Shown piece by piece: positions 32,040-42,320 of a stretch of DNA of 64,000 nt; position 1 is the first letter of the stretch, and each line of letters begins with the position of its first letter. Source of the DNA: an uncultured Candidatus Nanopelagicus sp. (GTDB taxonomy: Bacteria > Actinomycetota > Actinomycetes > Nanopelagicales > Nanopelagicaceae); NCBI GenBank assembly GCA_964628535.1, contig CAZVNE010000001.1, positions 8,792 through 72,791 on the forward strand, written 5' to 3'. The notes under the pieces are model-generated. The model searched no databases, was not told the DNA's origin, and saw only the letters and a program-made list of their open reading frames with translations. A program made the position numbers and the translations under genes.

Positions 32040-33581
32040 TTACACCTTTATGTCGTTGGGGATAATATAAATTGGATGAGTTTGAATTAAATCACCGCGA
32101 CGTTTAGGAAGAGTTAGGACGAAGTGTGCACCTAAATTAGGTTTGCCCCAAGCTAGTAGCTCACCTTGATGTAACTTTGCATCCTCTAATGCAATTGATA
32201 AACCAAGACCGGTACCGCCACTTGTACGAGCTCGAGATGGATCAGCACGCCAAAATCGATCAAATAACTTCTTTGCATCATTTTCATTAAAGCCCATACC
32301 GAAATCACGAACTGAAACAGCAACCTCTTTTTCGCTTTCAGCTATCTCAATTTGAACTGGTTTACCCTCGCCATGATCAATGGCGTTCGCAATCAAATTT
32401 CTTAAAATTCGCTCAATTCTGCGGGGATCGCCATCAACTCTTACGGGTTGATCGGGTATCGATATTTGAAATTGATCAATCTTGCTTGGGTGCAGATAAT
32501 CAACGGTTTTTCGGACAACTTCAGTTAAATCAAAGTTAACAAAATCAAGTAAAACCTCATTAGCATCAAACCTACTTACCTCCAGTAGATCTGAGAGAAG
32601 AAGCTCGAAGCGATCAATTTGATTGATTAAAAGCTCTGCACTTCGCGCAATTACCGGATCAAAGGTAGATTTTTGATCATGGATGATCTCCGCTGCCATT
32701 CTCATAGTGGTCAGTGGGGTTCTAAGCTCATGTGAAACATCAGATACGAAACGTTGCTGTAACTGAGACAAATTCTGCAAGCGATAAATCTGTTGTTCGA
32801 TTGAGAGTGCCATCTCATTGAATGATCTACCTAAAGAGGCCAGCTCATCCTCACCACTTACCTGCATGCGACTGGTTAAATCACCTTCAGTAAATTTCTC
32901 TGCAACCTGCGCGGCTTGGGTAATTGGTGAAACTACCTGCCTGATCAAAAATCTAGTGATTAAGCCAATCAAAAGCACTAGTAGAAAGCCAAAGAAGAAT
33001 AAGGTCCAGGCGATTGAATTAATGGTTTCATACTGGGCATTGAGATTAAAAAAGTAGTAAATTTCATAGACTCCGGCTCGTGGAATTTGTAACTTTCCAC
33101 CAATTATAAATCCTGGATTAACAACTCCATTGGTGTACTCAATATCTAAACGCATATCGAGAATCTCATCACTTTCAACCACTTGCTTGCGAAAATTTGT
33201 TGGGATTGAATCTTCACTTAGTATCGTTGGTATCGTTTGATAAATATCTTTACTGTTGCTGGTATTTGGAATTCTAAGGATTACAGTCTCACGGCCAGAA
33301 AGTAAGCCATCCTCGCGAACTGAGGTAATAAAATCAGTCACAACCCTGCGTACCTCTGTATCATCTTGAAAGCGAGAGATATTGAAATGTCCTTGCGTAA
33401 GGGATAAAGCACTTCGGGTTTCGATCTTAGAAATCGCTATTTTTTCATTAATTACAGTTGTAGATACACGAGAGTAGACACTGACTCCGATAATTGTTAC
33501 CGCTAGAATCGCAAAGAAAATATTTATAACTAGTACTCGAAGGCCAAGGGATTGTTTAATCTTTGGCTTTGCCAATAACAT
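32040..33581 (-). CDS. mtrB: Two-component sensor kinase MtrB
   Basis: 2 TM, HAMP, FVSDVSHELRTPLTT and FDRFWRADPSRAR; follows mtrA. Confidence 0.92.
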   Translation of the reverse strand: MLLAKPKIKQSLGLRVLVINIFFAILAVTIIGVSVYSRVSTTVINEKIAISKIETRSALSLTQGHFNISRFQDDTEVRRVVTDFITSVREDGLLSGRETVILRIPNTSNSKDIYQTIPTILSEDSIPTNFRKQVVESDEILDMRLDIEYTNGVVNPGFIIGGKLQIPRAGVYEIYYFFNLNAQYETINSIAWTLFFFGFLLVLLIGLITRFLIRQVVSPITQAAQVAEKFTEGDLTSRMQVSGEDELASLGRSFNEMALSIEQQIYRLQNLSQLQQRFVSDVSHELRTPLTTMRMAAEIIHDQKSTFDPVIARSAELLINQIDRFELLLSDLLEVSRFDANEVLLDFVNFDLTEVVRKTVDYLHPSKIDQFQISIPDQPVRVDGDPRRIERILRNLIANAIDHGEGKPVQIEIAESEKEVAVSVRDFGMGFNENDAKKLFDRFWRADPSRARTSGGTGLGLSIALEDAKLHQGELLAWGKPNLGAHFVLTLPKRRGDLIQTHPIYIIPNDIKV

Positions 33582-33589
33582 GGTTAAAC

Positions 33590-34264
33590 CTAACTCCTGA
33601 CCGGTCCTGCTTTGTAACCAACACCACGCACCGTTTGTACTAACTCTGGATTCTCGGCATCAGCTTCAATCTTGCTGCGTAATCTTTGGACATGAACATT
33701 TACTAATCGTGTATCAGCTGCATGCTGGTAGCCCCAGACCTCACTTAGCAGGGCCTCTCTAGTAAATACTCGGCCCGGCTCCTTTGCAAGTGCTACCAAA
33801 AGATCAAACTCAAGTCTGGTTAATGGAATCTGTTTATCATTTCGAGAGATTGTGTGCTCCATTTGATCAATAACTATGTCACCGATTTTTAAGGTGCCTA
33901 CCTTTGAAGTTCTGCGCAATCTAGTTTTGATTCTTGCAATTAGCTCCTGATTTTTATAAGGCTTAACCATGTAATCATCAGCGCCAGCCTCTAGCCCTAA
34001 AACTACATCGTGAGTGTCGCCTTTTGCTGTCAACATAACAATTGGCACCATTGATATTTCACGAATTAACTTACAAACTTCAATTCCATCTAAACCAGGA
34101 AGCATTACATCTAGTAAAACTAAATCTGGCGGATTCGCCGTAAAAACCTCAATTACCTCATCACCACGACCAACTAAATCTACCTCCATGCCAGCATCGT
34201 TTAAAACGATGCTGAGCATTTCAGCTAAGTCTTGGTCGTCATCAACGACCATGACTAATGGCAT
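33590..34264 (-). CDS. mtrA: Response regulator MtrA
   Basis: OmpR family; VWGYQHAADTRLVNVHVQRLRSK signature. Confidence 0.95.
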   Translation of the reverse strand: MPLVMVVDDDQDLAEMLSIVLNDAGMEVDLVGRGDEVIEVFTANPPDLVLLDVMLPGLDGIEVCKLIREISMVPIVMLTAKGDTHDVVLGLEAGADDYMVKPYKNQELIARIKTRLRRTSKVGTLKIGDIVIDQMEHTISRNDKQIPLTRLEFDLLVALAKEPGRVFTREALLSEVWGYQHAADTRLVNVHVQRLRSKIEADAENPELVQTVRGVGYKAGPVRS

Positions 34265-35542
34265 TTATGAACCGTGTTCCCAAGAGTTTAGGTAAAGCTC
34301 TTGTGCTGGTGTTAGTTGATCAAGCTCTGCACCCATGCTGGCCAGCTTTAAGGTTGCAACATTCTTATCAATCTCTGTTGGCACATTGTGTAGGCCAGCA
34401 GTTAATGATTTACCAACCTTTAGTAGCCACTCAGCGGTTAAGGCTTGATCAGAGAATGACATATCCATTACTGATGCCGGGTGGCCTTCAGCTGCACCTA
34501 GATTTGCTAGGCGGCCTTCTGCGATTAACAAAATACGACGACCATCTTTCATCTCATACTCATCTGTTTGAAAGCGCATCTTTGCATTTTTGTTCTTTGC
34601 ATTTTTCTCTAACCAGGCAACATCAATCTCGATATCAAAGTGTCCTGAGTTAGCCAGAATTGCGCCATCCTTCATCTGCGTAAAGTGCTCATCGCGCAGA
34701 ACATCGCGGTTACCAGTGACTGTAATAAAAATATCGCCAATTGCGGCCGCCTTTGTCATTGGCATTACTCGGAATCCTTGCATCATTGCATCTAAGGCCT
34801 TTGTTGGATCAATCTCAGTAACAATTACCTCAGCGCCTAGACCTTTTGCACGCTCGGCAACACCCTTACCGCAGTAGCCAAAACCTGCAACTACGACAAT
34901 CTTGCCCGCTACTAAAGTATTTGTGGCACGGAAAATTGCATCAAATGTTGATTGGCCAGTTCCGTAACGATTATCAAACATGTGCTTCGTGTCAGTGTCA
35001 TTTACTGCAATCATTGGGAATTTAAGTGCACCATCCTTAGCCATTTGGCTTAGACGAATAACACCAGTAGTCGTCTCCTCGCAGCCAGCAATTACGCCAT
35101 CTAATAACTCGGTGCGTGTTGTATGTAAAACATTTACCAAGTCACAACCATCATCAAATACAAATTGTGGCTTGATATCTAGCGCAGCATTTAAATGTTT
35201 GTAATACCCATCGCGATCAACTGCGTTACGGGCATAGACAGAGATTCCATACTCTTTTACAAGAGCAGCTGCAGTGTCATCCTGTGTTGAAAGTGGATTA
35301 GATGCACATAATGCTAATTCAGCACCGCCTGCTTTCAATGCCAACATTAAATTTGCAGTCTCAGTTGTGACATGCATACAAGCTGCAATACGAATACCAG
35401 CGAATGGTCGCTCTTTGGCAAACCGCTCTTTGATTTGATTTAGCACCGGCATATTTCGGCCAGCCCATTCAATTCTCTTCTTGCCTTCTGCAGCTAAGGA
35501 TAGATTTGCTACATCATTATTTATCACAGTAGTGGTGCTCAT
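34265..35542 (-). CDS. ahcY: Adenosylhomocysteinase (short 425-aa type)
   Basis: SNPLSTQD, EETTTG, KHMFDNRYGTGQS, GHFDIEID and EGHP motifs. Confidence 0.97.
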   Translation of the reverse strand: MSTTTVINNDVANLSLAAEGKKRIEWAGRNMPVLNQIKERFAKERPFAGIRIAACMHVTTETANLMLALKAGGAELALCASNPLSTQDDTAAALVKEYGISVYARNAVDRDGYYKHLNAALDIKPQFVFDDGCDLVNVLHTTRTELLDGVIAGCEETTTGVIRLSQMAKDGALKFPMIAVNDTDTKHMFDNRYGTGQSTFDAIFRATNTLVAGKIVVVAGFGYCGKGVAERAKGLGAEVIVTEIDPTKALDAMMQGFRVMPMTKAAAIGDIFITVTGNRDVLRDEHFTQMKDGAILANSGHFDIEIDVAWLEKNAKNKNAKMRFQTDEYEMKDGRRILLIAEGRLANLGAAEGHPASVMDMSFSDQALTAEWLLKVGKSLTAGLHNVPTEIDKNVATLKLASMGAELDQLTPAQELYLNSWEHGS

Positions 35543-35545
35543 TTT

Positions 35546-35650
35546 CGCTCCTAATTAAGTTATGTATCTTTGACTTTTTTCTTAATTATTACCGAGGCTA
35601 GTGGGCTCACTATGTAGGTAACCAGAAGGCAAAGATACCCTGAATGGACG
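35546..35650 (-). promoter_or_regulatory. Candidate structured cis-regulatory RNA leader of ahcY
   Basis: Nested complementary segments GTATCTTTG/CAAAGATAC, TTACC/GGTAA and TAGTG/CACTA, plus crossing TAATTAAG/CTTAATTA abutting SD AGGAG. Confidence 0.45.
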
Positions 35651-35653
35651 GGG

Positions 35654-37009
35654 TTATCGAGTTTTAATAACTGCTAGTACAGCATCTCGAATCTTCTTCA
35701 TCTGCGCTTGCGTATTGGCCTCTACATTTAATCGAAGTAATGGCTCGGTATTTGATGCCCGCAGATTAAACCACCAGGTATCGGCGGTAAAGGTCAGGCC
35801 ATCTAACTCATCAATCTCAGATTGATCTTGATAAGCATTACGAACTCTTGCAATTGCAGCTGGTAGATCTTTGACCTCACTATTTATTTCGCCACTGGAA
35901 AAGTAACGATTGTATGGGGCTAGTAATTCAGATAGTGGCTTCTTTGTTGCCATTAACTCTGCTAAGGCGTACAGCGCAGCCAACATGCCAGAGTCGGCTC
36001 GCCAAAAGTTTGCAAAGTAGAAGTGGCCGCTGTGTTCGCCACCAAATATTGCACCAGACTCTGCCATTAACTTTTTAATGTATGAGTGCCCAACTCGACT
36101 GCGAAGAGCCACTCCACCATTTTCAGCGATTACCTCGGGTACCGCTTTAGATGAGATTAAATTATAAATAATGGTTGATCCAGCCTTTGCCTTTAACTCA
36201 CGGACTGCAATTAAAGATGTTAGGGCTGATGGATTCACTAACTCACCATTCTCATCAACTAAAAAACATCGATCTGCATCACCATCAAAAGCCAAGCCAA
36301 TATCTGCGCCCTCTTTCTTTACCCGTTTTTGTAAAGCAATTAAGTTTGCGGGTTCGATTGGGTTTGCCTCGTGATTTGGAAATGTGCCATCTAACTCGAA
36401 GTACATAGGTGTTAGATCCACCTTTAGCTTTGCCATCACCGCAGGTGCGGTAAATCCAGCCATTCCATTTCCGGCATCAATCACAACCTTTAATTTTCGT
36501 TTTTGGAAAGTACCATCTGGAAAGGTTCCAAGTAGGTAATCAACATACTCACTTAATAGATCTTGCTGGTGGCTCATTCCAACTGGCCGATTAATCATTG
36601 GTGCGCCATCTTCAATAAATTTTCTAATTTGCAGTAAGCCAGATTCTTGACCAATAGGTATGGCGCCAGATTTACACAATTTCATTCCATTGTATTGAGC
36701 GGGATTATGACTTGCAGTGAACATGATGCCTGGTAAATTTAATTTGCCCGATGCAAAGTACAACATATCGGTAGATGCCAATCCAATTCTGATTACATCC
36801 ATACCTTGACTATTTGCACCATCTGAAAATGCATCAGCAAGTAATGGTGAGGATGGCCGCATATCTTCACCGACCACAATGGTGGCTGGCTCTCGTTCAA
36901 TCTCTAGAAAGCGGGCAAATGCAACACCAAGGGCGAAGGAGAAATCTGGGGTTACCTCTTTATCAACCAAACCACGGATATCGTAAGCCTTGATGATTTT
37001 TCCAAGCAT
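35654..37009 (-). CDS. manB: Phosphomannomutase/phosphoglucomutase
   Basis: TASHNP, DGDADR, GEHSGH and RASNTEP motifs. Confidence 0.95.
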   Translation of the reverse strand: MLGKIIKAYDIRGLVDKEVTPDFSFALGVAFARFLEIEREPATIVVGEDMRPSSPLLADAFSDGANSQGMDVIRIGLASTDMLYFASGKLNLPGIMFTASHNPAQYNGMKLCKSGAIPIGQESGLLQIRKFIEDGAPMINRPVGMSHQQDLLSEYVDYLLGTFPDGTFQKRKLKVVIDAGNGMAGFTAPAVMAKLKVDLTPMYFELDGTFPNHEANPIEPANLIALQKRVKKEGADIGLAFDGDADRCFLVDENGELVNPSALTSLIAVRELKAKAGSTIIYNLISSKAVPEVIAENGGVALRSRVGHSYIKKLMAESGAIFGGEHSGHFYFANFWRADSGMLAALYALAELMATKKPLSELLAPYNRYFSSGEINSEVKDLPAAIARVRNAYQDQSEIDELDGLTFTADTWWFNLRASNTEPLLRLNVEANTQAQMKKIRDAVLAVIKTR

Positions 37010-37040
37010 GTAAGTATCTTAAATCTAAATTGTTAAATTA

Positions 37041-37391
37041 TTAATTTGAGGGCAATGCTCGCAGATGACCACGTCTTCCTAGCTCTGGCTGCATGGTGCT
37101 TTTATTCAAATCTAGGTTAGCTACCTCTCGAACTGCATTTGCAATTGCCATTAGATCATCATCAGATGGTCCTTGTTGCTCAGTTGCTGCCTCTTGCTTA
37201 ATTACGCTCCATCCAACCGGTACAGTCAATCGCTCGCTGTGAGCTAAACACAAATCATAATTATGTGGTTCGGCATAGGTAGCGAGTGGGCCTAAGACAG
37301 CTGTCGAATCTGAATAAACATAGGTTAAGGTTTTTATTGCTGAGTTGGTACAACTAGCCCGAGAGCAACTTCTACCAGTTAACCTTTTCAT
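37041..37391 (-). CDS. DUF3499 family protein
   Basis: TLTYVYSDSTAVLGPLA and YDLCLAH motifs; usual position beside pmm. Confidence 0.88.
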   Translation of the reverse strand: MKRLTGRSCSRASCTNSAIKTLTYVYSDSTAVLGPLATYAEPHNYDLCLAHSERLTVPVGWSVIKQEAATEQQGPSDDDLMAIANAVREVANLDLNKSTMQPELGRRGHLRALPSN

Positions 37392-37430
37392 ATCAGCAGG
37401 TTAATGGCTTAATGATCGAAAAGTTGGGAT

Positions 37431-38762
37431 TTAGCCCCGAGAAATTACATCTGCATCAGAAATCGGTTCAGATGCGCTTTCTAAGTTGGCCCCGGTATTC
37501 AGAGGGATGTAACTACTTCCTATGCCCGCACCCTCCGGCTGCAAAATGATTCCGCCAGTTGTTCCCTTGGTTCGGGATACAAATTGAATTCGATTTAATC
37601 CAATTGGCGCCTGCCAAATCGCAAAGTTACTACCCTTAACATCTACCTTGTACTTCTTTCCGTTAGTTCCAACGGCATCAATAGTGACATTGATATTTGC
37701 GCCGGAAAAAGCAACTAATGGTTTAGATCCAGTTAAATTCATAGTTAAACGGGATAGCTCATCAACTCCAGTAGCCCAAGCGATTTCACCACTTCTACCA
37801 ATTGCATATGTGCTGAGAACTGATCCAAGAATTGGCTGATCTGATTTAACAATGATTGAAAATGCCTCTTTGGCTGGCGCAAATGTGAGTGGAATATTTA
37901 ATACTCGCTGGCTCTTAACCTCTAGCTCTGCTAATCCAACTGGAACAAAGTTTCCATCATTTGAGTTTATTGAAACTTCGACATTTGCATCTATTGTGCC
38001 AGGCACCATCAGTCGCAATGAGTGCGCCGATGAGTTGGAAGCGGTCGCCATTCGGCCGCGTAACCCAGAGATTGCTGGAATTGTTAAGAGTTTAGTTGGT
38101 GAGCCGACTGGTGCAACAAAATCTGCACCTAGAGAACGTAATCCTCGTCTGCGCTCATCAAAAACAAATGAGCTAACTCGACCAGATTTAGTTTTAACCG
38201 CAATGACTAGTGAATCCTCGCCTGGCGCTAAAGTATCAATTAAAATATTTCTTGTTGAGTTTGATGAGATGGTGACCGGCTTAACTTCAATTGGACCAGT
38301 TGGTGTATAAATCTCAACCTCAACCGCTGATTCGCTAAATCCGCTATTAACGATAGAGAGAGTTGATTTACTGGTCAGCGCACCTGATCCACCAACAAAC
38401 CACTGTTCACCATTACTGACTGAACAAGGTACTACCGCCTTCCAACCCTTATTTGAAAAGGTCAGTGAGGTTCCGGGATTGCCATCTATCAACAGTGATG
38501 CGCTGCCCAGGGTAATTGCACTTGCACTCTTTGTTGAAAGTTTCTGGCTCTTTCCTTCAATTACACGTCTGCCAATCTTTGCATTTGGTAGTGCAGCGAT
38601 GGCTGGTGCTTGGTTGTAACTGGCTGGACAAACCGTTGCTGGATAGGAGTAGGTAATTTTTACCTGTTCATTGCGACTAGGAGCAATATAAGCGATAAGT
38701 GAGAGTGAAATAAGCGCCACAGTTACAGCTAAAAACTTTTTATTAATTTGTAAATTTCTCAT
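37431..38762 (-). CDS. DUF5719-like secreted/anchored protein
   Basis: N-terminal TM, CP, QWFVGG; TGATG coupling to upstream GT2; typical synteny. Confidence 0.7.
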   Translation of the reverse strand: MRNLQINKKFLAVTVALISLSLIAYIAPSRNEQVKITYSYPATVCPASYNQAPAIAALPNAKIGRRVIEGKSQKLSTKSASAITLGSASLLIDGNPGTSLTFSNKGWKAVVPCSVSNGEQWFVGGSGALTSKSTLSIVNSGFSESAVEVEIYTPTGPIEVKPVTISSNSTRNILIDTLAPGEDSLVIAVKTKSGRVSSFVFDERRRGLRSLGADFVAPVGSPTKLLTIPAISGLRGRMATASNSSAHSLRLMVPGTIDANVEVSINSNDGNFVPVGLAELEVKSQRVLNIPLTFAPAKEAFSIIVKSDQPILGSVLSTYAIGRSGEIAWATGVDELSRLTMNLTGSKPLVAFSGANINVTIDAVGTNGKKYKVDVKGSNFAIWQAPIGLNRIQFVSRTKGTTGGIILQPEGAGIGSSYIPLNTGANLESASEPISDADVISRG

Positions 38763-41700
38763 CAAACCAGCTCCTCAAGTGGAACTTCTTTACGCTTTCT
38801 TCCTGCTGGTAGAGCAAGAACAATCAGAGTTAGGAGTGATATCAACTGCAATGAAACCCAGCCACGCCTAGCCGTTCCATCATGAATCAATGAGATCTCC
38901 CCTGGCATATCAATTACAAAAGCCGGTACACCAAACTCTGATTTACCTAAGGTAATACTTCTGCCATCTAACAATAATCTCCAAGCTTTGTCATACTTTT
39001 CAGCTAACAAAATAGTGCCTGGTTTAGCAACATATGCAGTCGAAGAGTTTTCATCAATTGCCAACGCAAATCGCTGACCTTTCTCATCAACTAATGTGAC
39101 TCTGGCATTTGCATTATTAATCTTCCAAACCACCCCATCTTTAGTCTCAGAGGATCTTGTAAATCCCCCAATTCCATCTATGGTTCTAATTAATGAAACA
39201 TCAGCTGGATTCTTAATAAAAATATACTGCACTCCATATTGCCCAAGGACAGCGCTGCTACTTGTTCCAGTACCGCTGACTAGATCTGAGATCGCCTGTT
39301 TTACTGGATCAGGTGTATCAGAAGACATATCTGGGTCACCGAGTTGCAGATCCCCGCCTCGGGTAATGAAGTATTGCAACTGTTCGATATTTTTTCGCAT
39401 CACTAAAGTTTTAGGTTTATCACCAGTTCCCGCTAAATCTGTAATAAAGGCTGGAATGACTAGCTCTTGATTTGATCTAACTAAGGAGTTAGCTCCTAAT
39501 GTCGCAGCCCAAATTGGAAAAACAATTAATCCGAGTGCGGTAATTACCGCTGTTACTGAGCTTAGAAAATGTTGGTAGCCAATATTCTTGCTACGTAATA
39601 TTGGTAATAACCTTTCAAATAAGGAAAAGGCGGCTAGCAAAGCTAGTAATTGGGCAAAAATTATTAATGGCCCAGTCCAGATTCGCTGAGCAGCACTGCC
39701 ATTTCCAACAACGTAGTAGTTAGATAAGGTAGCTGCGAAAAAAATCGTAATGATGCCAAGCAATCCAAGATCTCGATAATTAGGTGTTATGAGTGAGATC
39801 AACAGGAATAAGGCGAATGGTGAAATTAGGTACCACGCTGGAGATGAGACTCCCCCTGGATTGAAACTCAAGATAGAAAAGAAGCCAGAGCTAGCAACAG
39901 ATAAACCCGGTTCAACTAAGCCTCGAATTGGGCGGAACAAAAAGGAGAATGCCCATGGCAGATTCATGGCCAATGGCGCGATTATTAACAGCAGATGATT
40001 TTTAATTTTCTTATTACTTAAATTTTTTATGATCTCTGAGCCAACCGTGCTTTTCCAATTTGGCGAATCTAAGTAGTAACTCCTCAATAGAAGGAATAGG
40101 TTTAAAAGTAGCCAGCTAATGGCAAATAATGGAGAGAAGGCAACAGCGATGCCAGCAATTAATGAGATGCTAGCTAATCTACGAAGCGATATCTCTGAGA
40201 TTGATGGGTTTTTAGTGAATAGAGTGAAGAGAATTGGCATAATCAAGGCGATTGCTACGGTACCAACTCTTCCCTGATTTATCGAAGTTAAAACTACTGG
40301 TGAGAATGCGTAAAGTAGAGCAGCGGTAAATGCTGAGTACTTTTGTAATTTAAAGTTTATTGAAATTCGGTAAAAGATTATGAAGCATAAGGTTGGTGCT
40401 AGAAAGAAGATCAAGGATAAAAGTGTTTGCGGATTTCCTAGGGTGATAATTGAGGAGATTGCAATTAATGGCAGCCATGTAGGTACCGCTGATGAACTTC
40501 CTAACCCCACTAAATGCCAAGAATCTACATAACGCCTGATTAGCTCCATCGCTGAATCTGGTGCAACTGGTAAAGCGCCACCAGCTAGGGATCCATATCT
40601 ATTTCTTGCATAAAAAATTGAAACTGTAAGGGTAATTAAAATTCCAAAAAGCATTGGCTGCTTTGCTAATGATCTTAATTTTGTAAAGCTCTTAGTTGGT
40701 TCAAATTGCAGCTCATCAAAGCTCTCATCGATCAATCCAATATCTGAGTAACTCTTTGAAACTATTGCTTGATCTTGGTTTTTTCCAAATTTAAAGGCGT
40801 TAAGAATTGATGAAGAGATACGTTCAAGAGTCAATCGATATCTAACACTTCTTGAAGGAATAAAGGGTTTAATTACTCGGGCACTTAAATACTTTCCATC
40901 TTTGCGATACCTTCTAGATTTAATTAAATCAGCTGGCTTAAAAATTAATAATGCGATAGCAGCTATTTCATCTGCTGCATATCCTGGTAATTTCGCTAGT
41001 AAGTAAATAATGGAACGTCCAATTGCCGTGAAGAGCAGCTGAACCGCCACCCACGGCAAAATCCAACGACTTGAATTAGCTAGTAAAACAAAGGCGGCAT
41101 TTCGTCGATCTAATAAAAGTGGTCGGTGAAGAAGTGCATCTTTTACATCAACACTTCTGCGCTCAGATGCCGCGGCTTCCGCGTGGTACAGGACCGCTTC
41201 ACCTACGCAGATTACAGAGTAGCCGGCGATGTGAGCCCGCCAACCTAAATCCACATCATCTCTAAACAGTTCAAGGCTTGGGTCGAAACCACCTAGCTCC
41301 TCATATAGCGAGCGCTTGATCAACATGCCAGCGGTACTTACCGCCAAAACTATTTTGGTTTCATCATGTTGGCCTTGATCATGTTCGCGCTCTTCTAAAC
41401 CTGTCCACCTTGAGCCATTTTCCGTAATGCTTATTCCGGTTTCCAAAATATGTTTACGGTCATACCAACCTAAAATCTTGGGGCCAGCAATTCCAACTTG
41501 TGGTCGCTCTAAAGCTGCGGTTAACAATTGTTTTAAAGCTTGGCGATCAGGTGCGCAATCATCATGCAAAATCCATAGCCACTCATTGCTATCACCATTT
41601 GCATTAACTTCTAATTTTGGAAGGGTGGCAACCGCGGCTGCAATCGCTGATCCAAAGCCAGCCTCGCGATCTTGTTCAATTACCTTGATGCCCGCATTTC

Positions 41701-41884
41701 GTAATAACTTTGGCGAGCCATCTATTGAGCCATTATCAACTGCAATTATCTGATCGATCTTTAATTTTTGTGAGGAGAGTGAAGCAACAACCTCGCTCAG
41801 CCAAGTGACCCCATCATGAGAGACAATGATGGCGGTGACATTTTGCTCAGATAACGCGGCGCTCACTGAAACACCGTATTGCAT
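38762..41884 (-). CDS. Large membrane-integral family 2 glycosyltransferase
   Basis: GT2 domain (AVDNGS, LHDDC, RDDVDLGWR) followed by many TM helices; follows whiB. Start uncertain. Confidence 0.88.
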   Translation of the reverse strand: MQYGVSVSAALSEQNVTAIIVSHDGVTWLSEVVASLSSQKLKIDQIIAVDNGSIDGSPKLLRNAGIKVIEQDREAGFGSAIAAAVATLPKLEVNANGDSNEWLWILHDDCAPDRQALKQLLTAALERPQVGIAGPKILGWYDRKHILETGISITENGSRWTGLEEREHDQGQHDETKIVLAVSTAGMLIKRSLYEELGGFDPSLELFRDDVDLGWRAHIAGYSVICVGEAVLYHAEAAASERRSVDVKDALLHRPLLLDRRNAAFVLLANSSRWILPWVAVQLLFTAIGRSIIYLLAKLPGYAADEIAAIALLIFKPADLIKSRRYRKDGKYLSARVIKPFIPSRSVRYRLTLERISSSILNAFKFGKNQDQAIVSKSYSDIGLIDESFDELQFEPTKSFTKLRSLAKQPMLFGILITLTVSIFYARNRYGSLAGGALPVAPDSAMELIRRYVDSWHLVGLGSSSAVPTWLPLIAISSIITLGNPQTLLSLIFFLAPTLCFIIFYRISINFKLQKYSAFTAALLYAFSPVVLTSINQGRVGTVAIALIMPILFTLFTKNPSISEISLRRLASISLIAGIAVAFSPLFAISWLLLNLFLLLRSYYLDSPNWKSTVGSEIIKNLSNKKIKNHLLLIIAPLAMNLPWAFSFLFRPIRGLVEPGLSVASSGFFSILSFNPGGVSSPAWYLISPFALFLLISLITPNYRDLGLLGIITIFFAATLSNYYVVGNGSAAQRIWTGPLIIFAQLLALLAAFSLFERLLPILRSKNIGYQHFLSSVTAVITALGLIVFPIWAATLGANSLVRSNQELVIPAFITDLAGTGDKPKTLVMRKNIEQLQYFITRGGDLQLGDPDMSSDTPDPVKQAISDLVSGTGTSSSAVLGQYGVQYIFIKNPADVSLIRTIDGIGGFTRSSETKDGVVWKINNANARVTLVDEKGQRFALAIDENSSTAYVAKPGTILLAEKYDKAWRLLLDGRSITLGKSEFGVPAFVIDMPGEISLIHDGTARRGWVSLQLISLLTLIVLALPAGRKRKEVPLEELV

Positions 41885-41935
41885 CTACACACAACGGGAG
41901 AAGTTAGATGTAAAGAAAAAAACAGTTACGCAGCT

Positions 41936-42202
41936 TTACGCTGGACGACGCTTTAATCTGCGACGCTCACGCTCAGATAAGCCGCCCCAAATACCAAATC
42001 GCTCATCATGCGCTAGTGCGTACTCAAGACACTCAGCCCTTACCTCGCATGAAAGGCAGACCCGCTTAGCCTCACGTGTTGAGCCACCCTTTTCTGGGAA
42101 AAATGCCTCTGGATCGGTCTGCGCACATAGGGCGCGCTCCTGCCAGGAAAGGCCTTCCGATGAGATTACTAATGCTGGTGACTCTGCGCGTGCTTCAGAC
42201 AT
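41936..42202 (-). CDS. whiB2: WhiB family transcription factor (WhiB2/WhmD)
   Basis: WQERALCAQTDPEAFFPEKGGSTREAK...GIWGGLSERERR. Confidence 0.95.
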   Translation of the reverse strand: MSEARAESPALVISSEGLSWQERALCAQTDPEAFFPEKGGSTREAKRVCLSCEVRAECLEYALAHDERFGIWGGLSERERRRLKRRPA

Positions 42203-42254
42203 AAAGCTCCTTCTAATCTCTGTGGCTTCCTTTAATGGGTAACCGCTATAGGAG

Positions 42255-42284
42255 AATTACACGCATGTAAGTACTTTAAGTCAA
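42255..42284 (-). promoter_or_regulatory. Putative sigma-A promoter of whiB2
   Basis: TTGACT-N17-TGTAAT on minus strand. Confidence 0.55.
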
Positions 42285-42320
42285 GTTGGGAGGGGGTGAA
42301 TTTTGAGCGTAATTTAAGAG

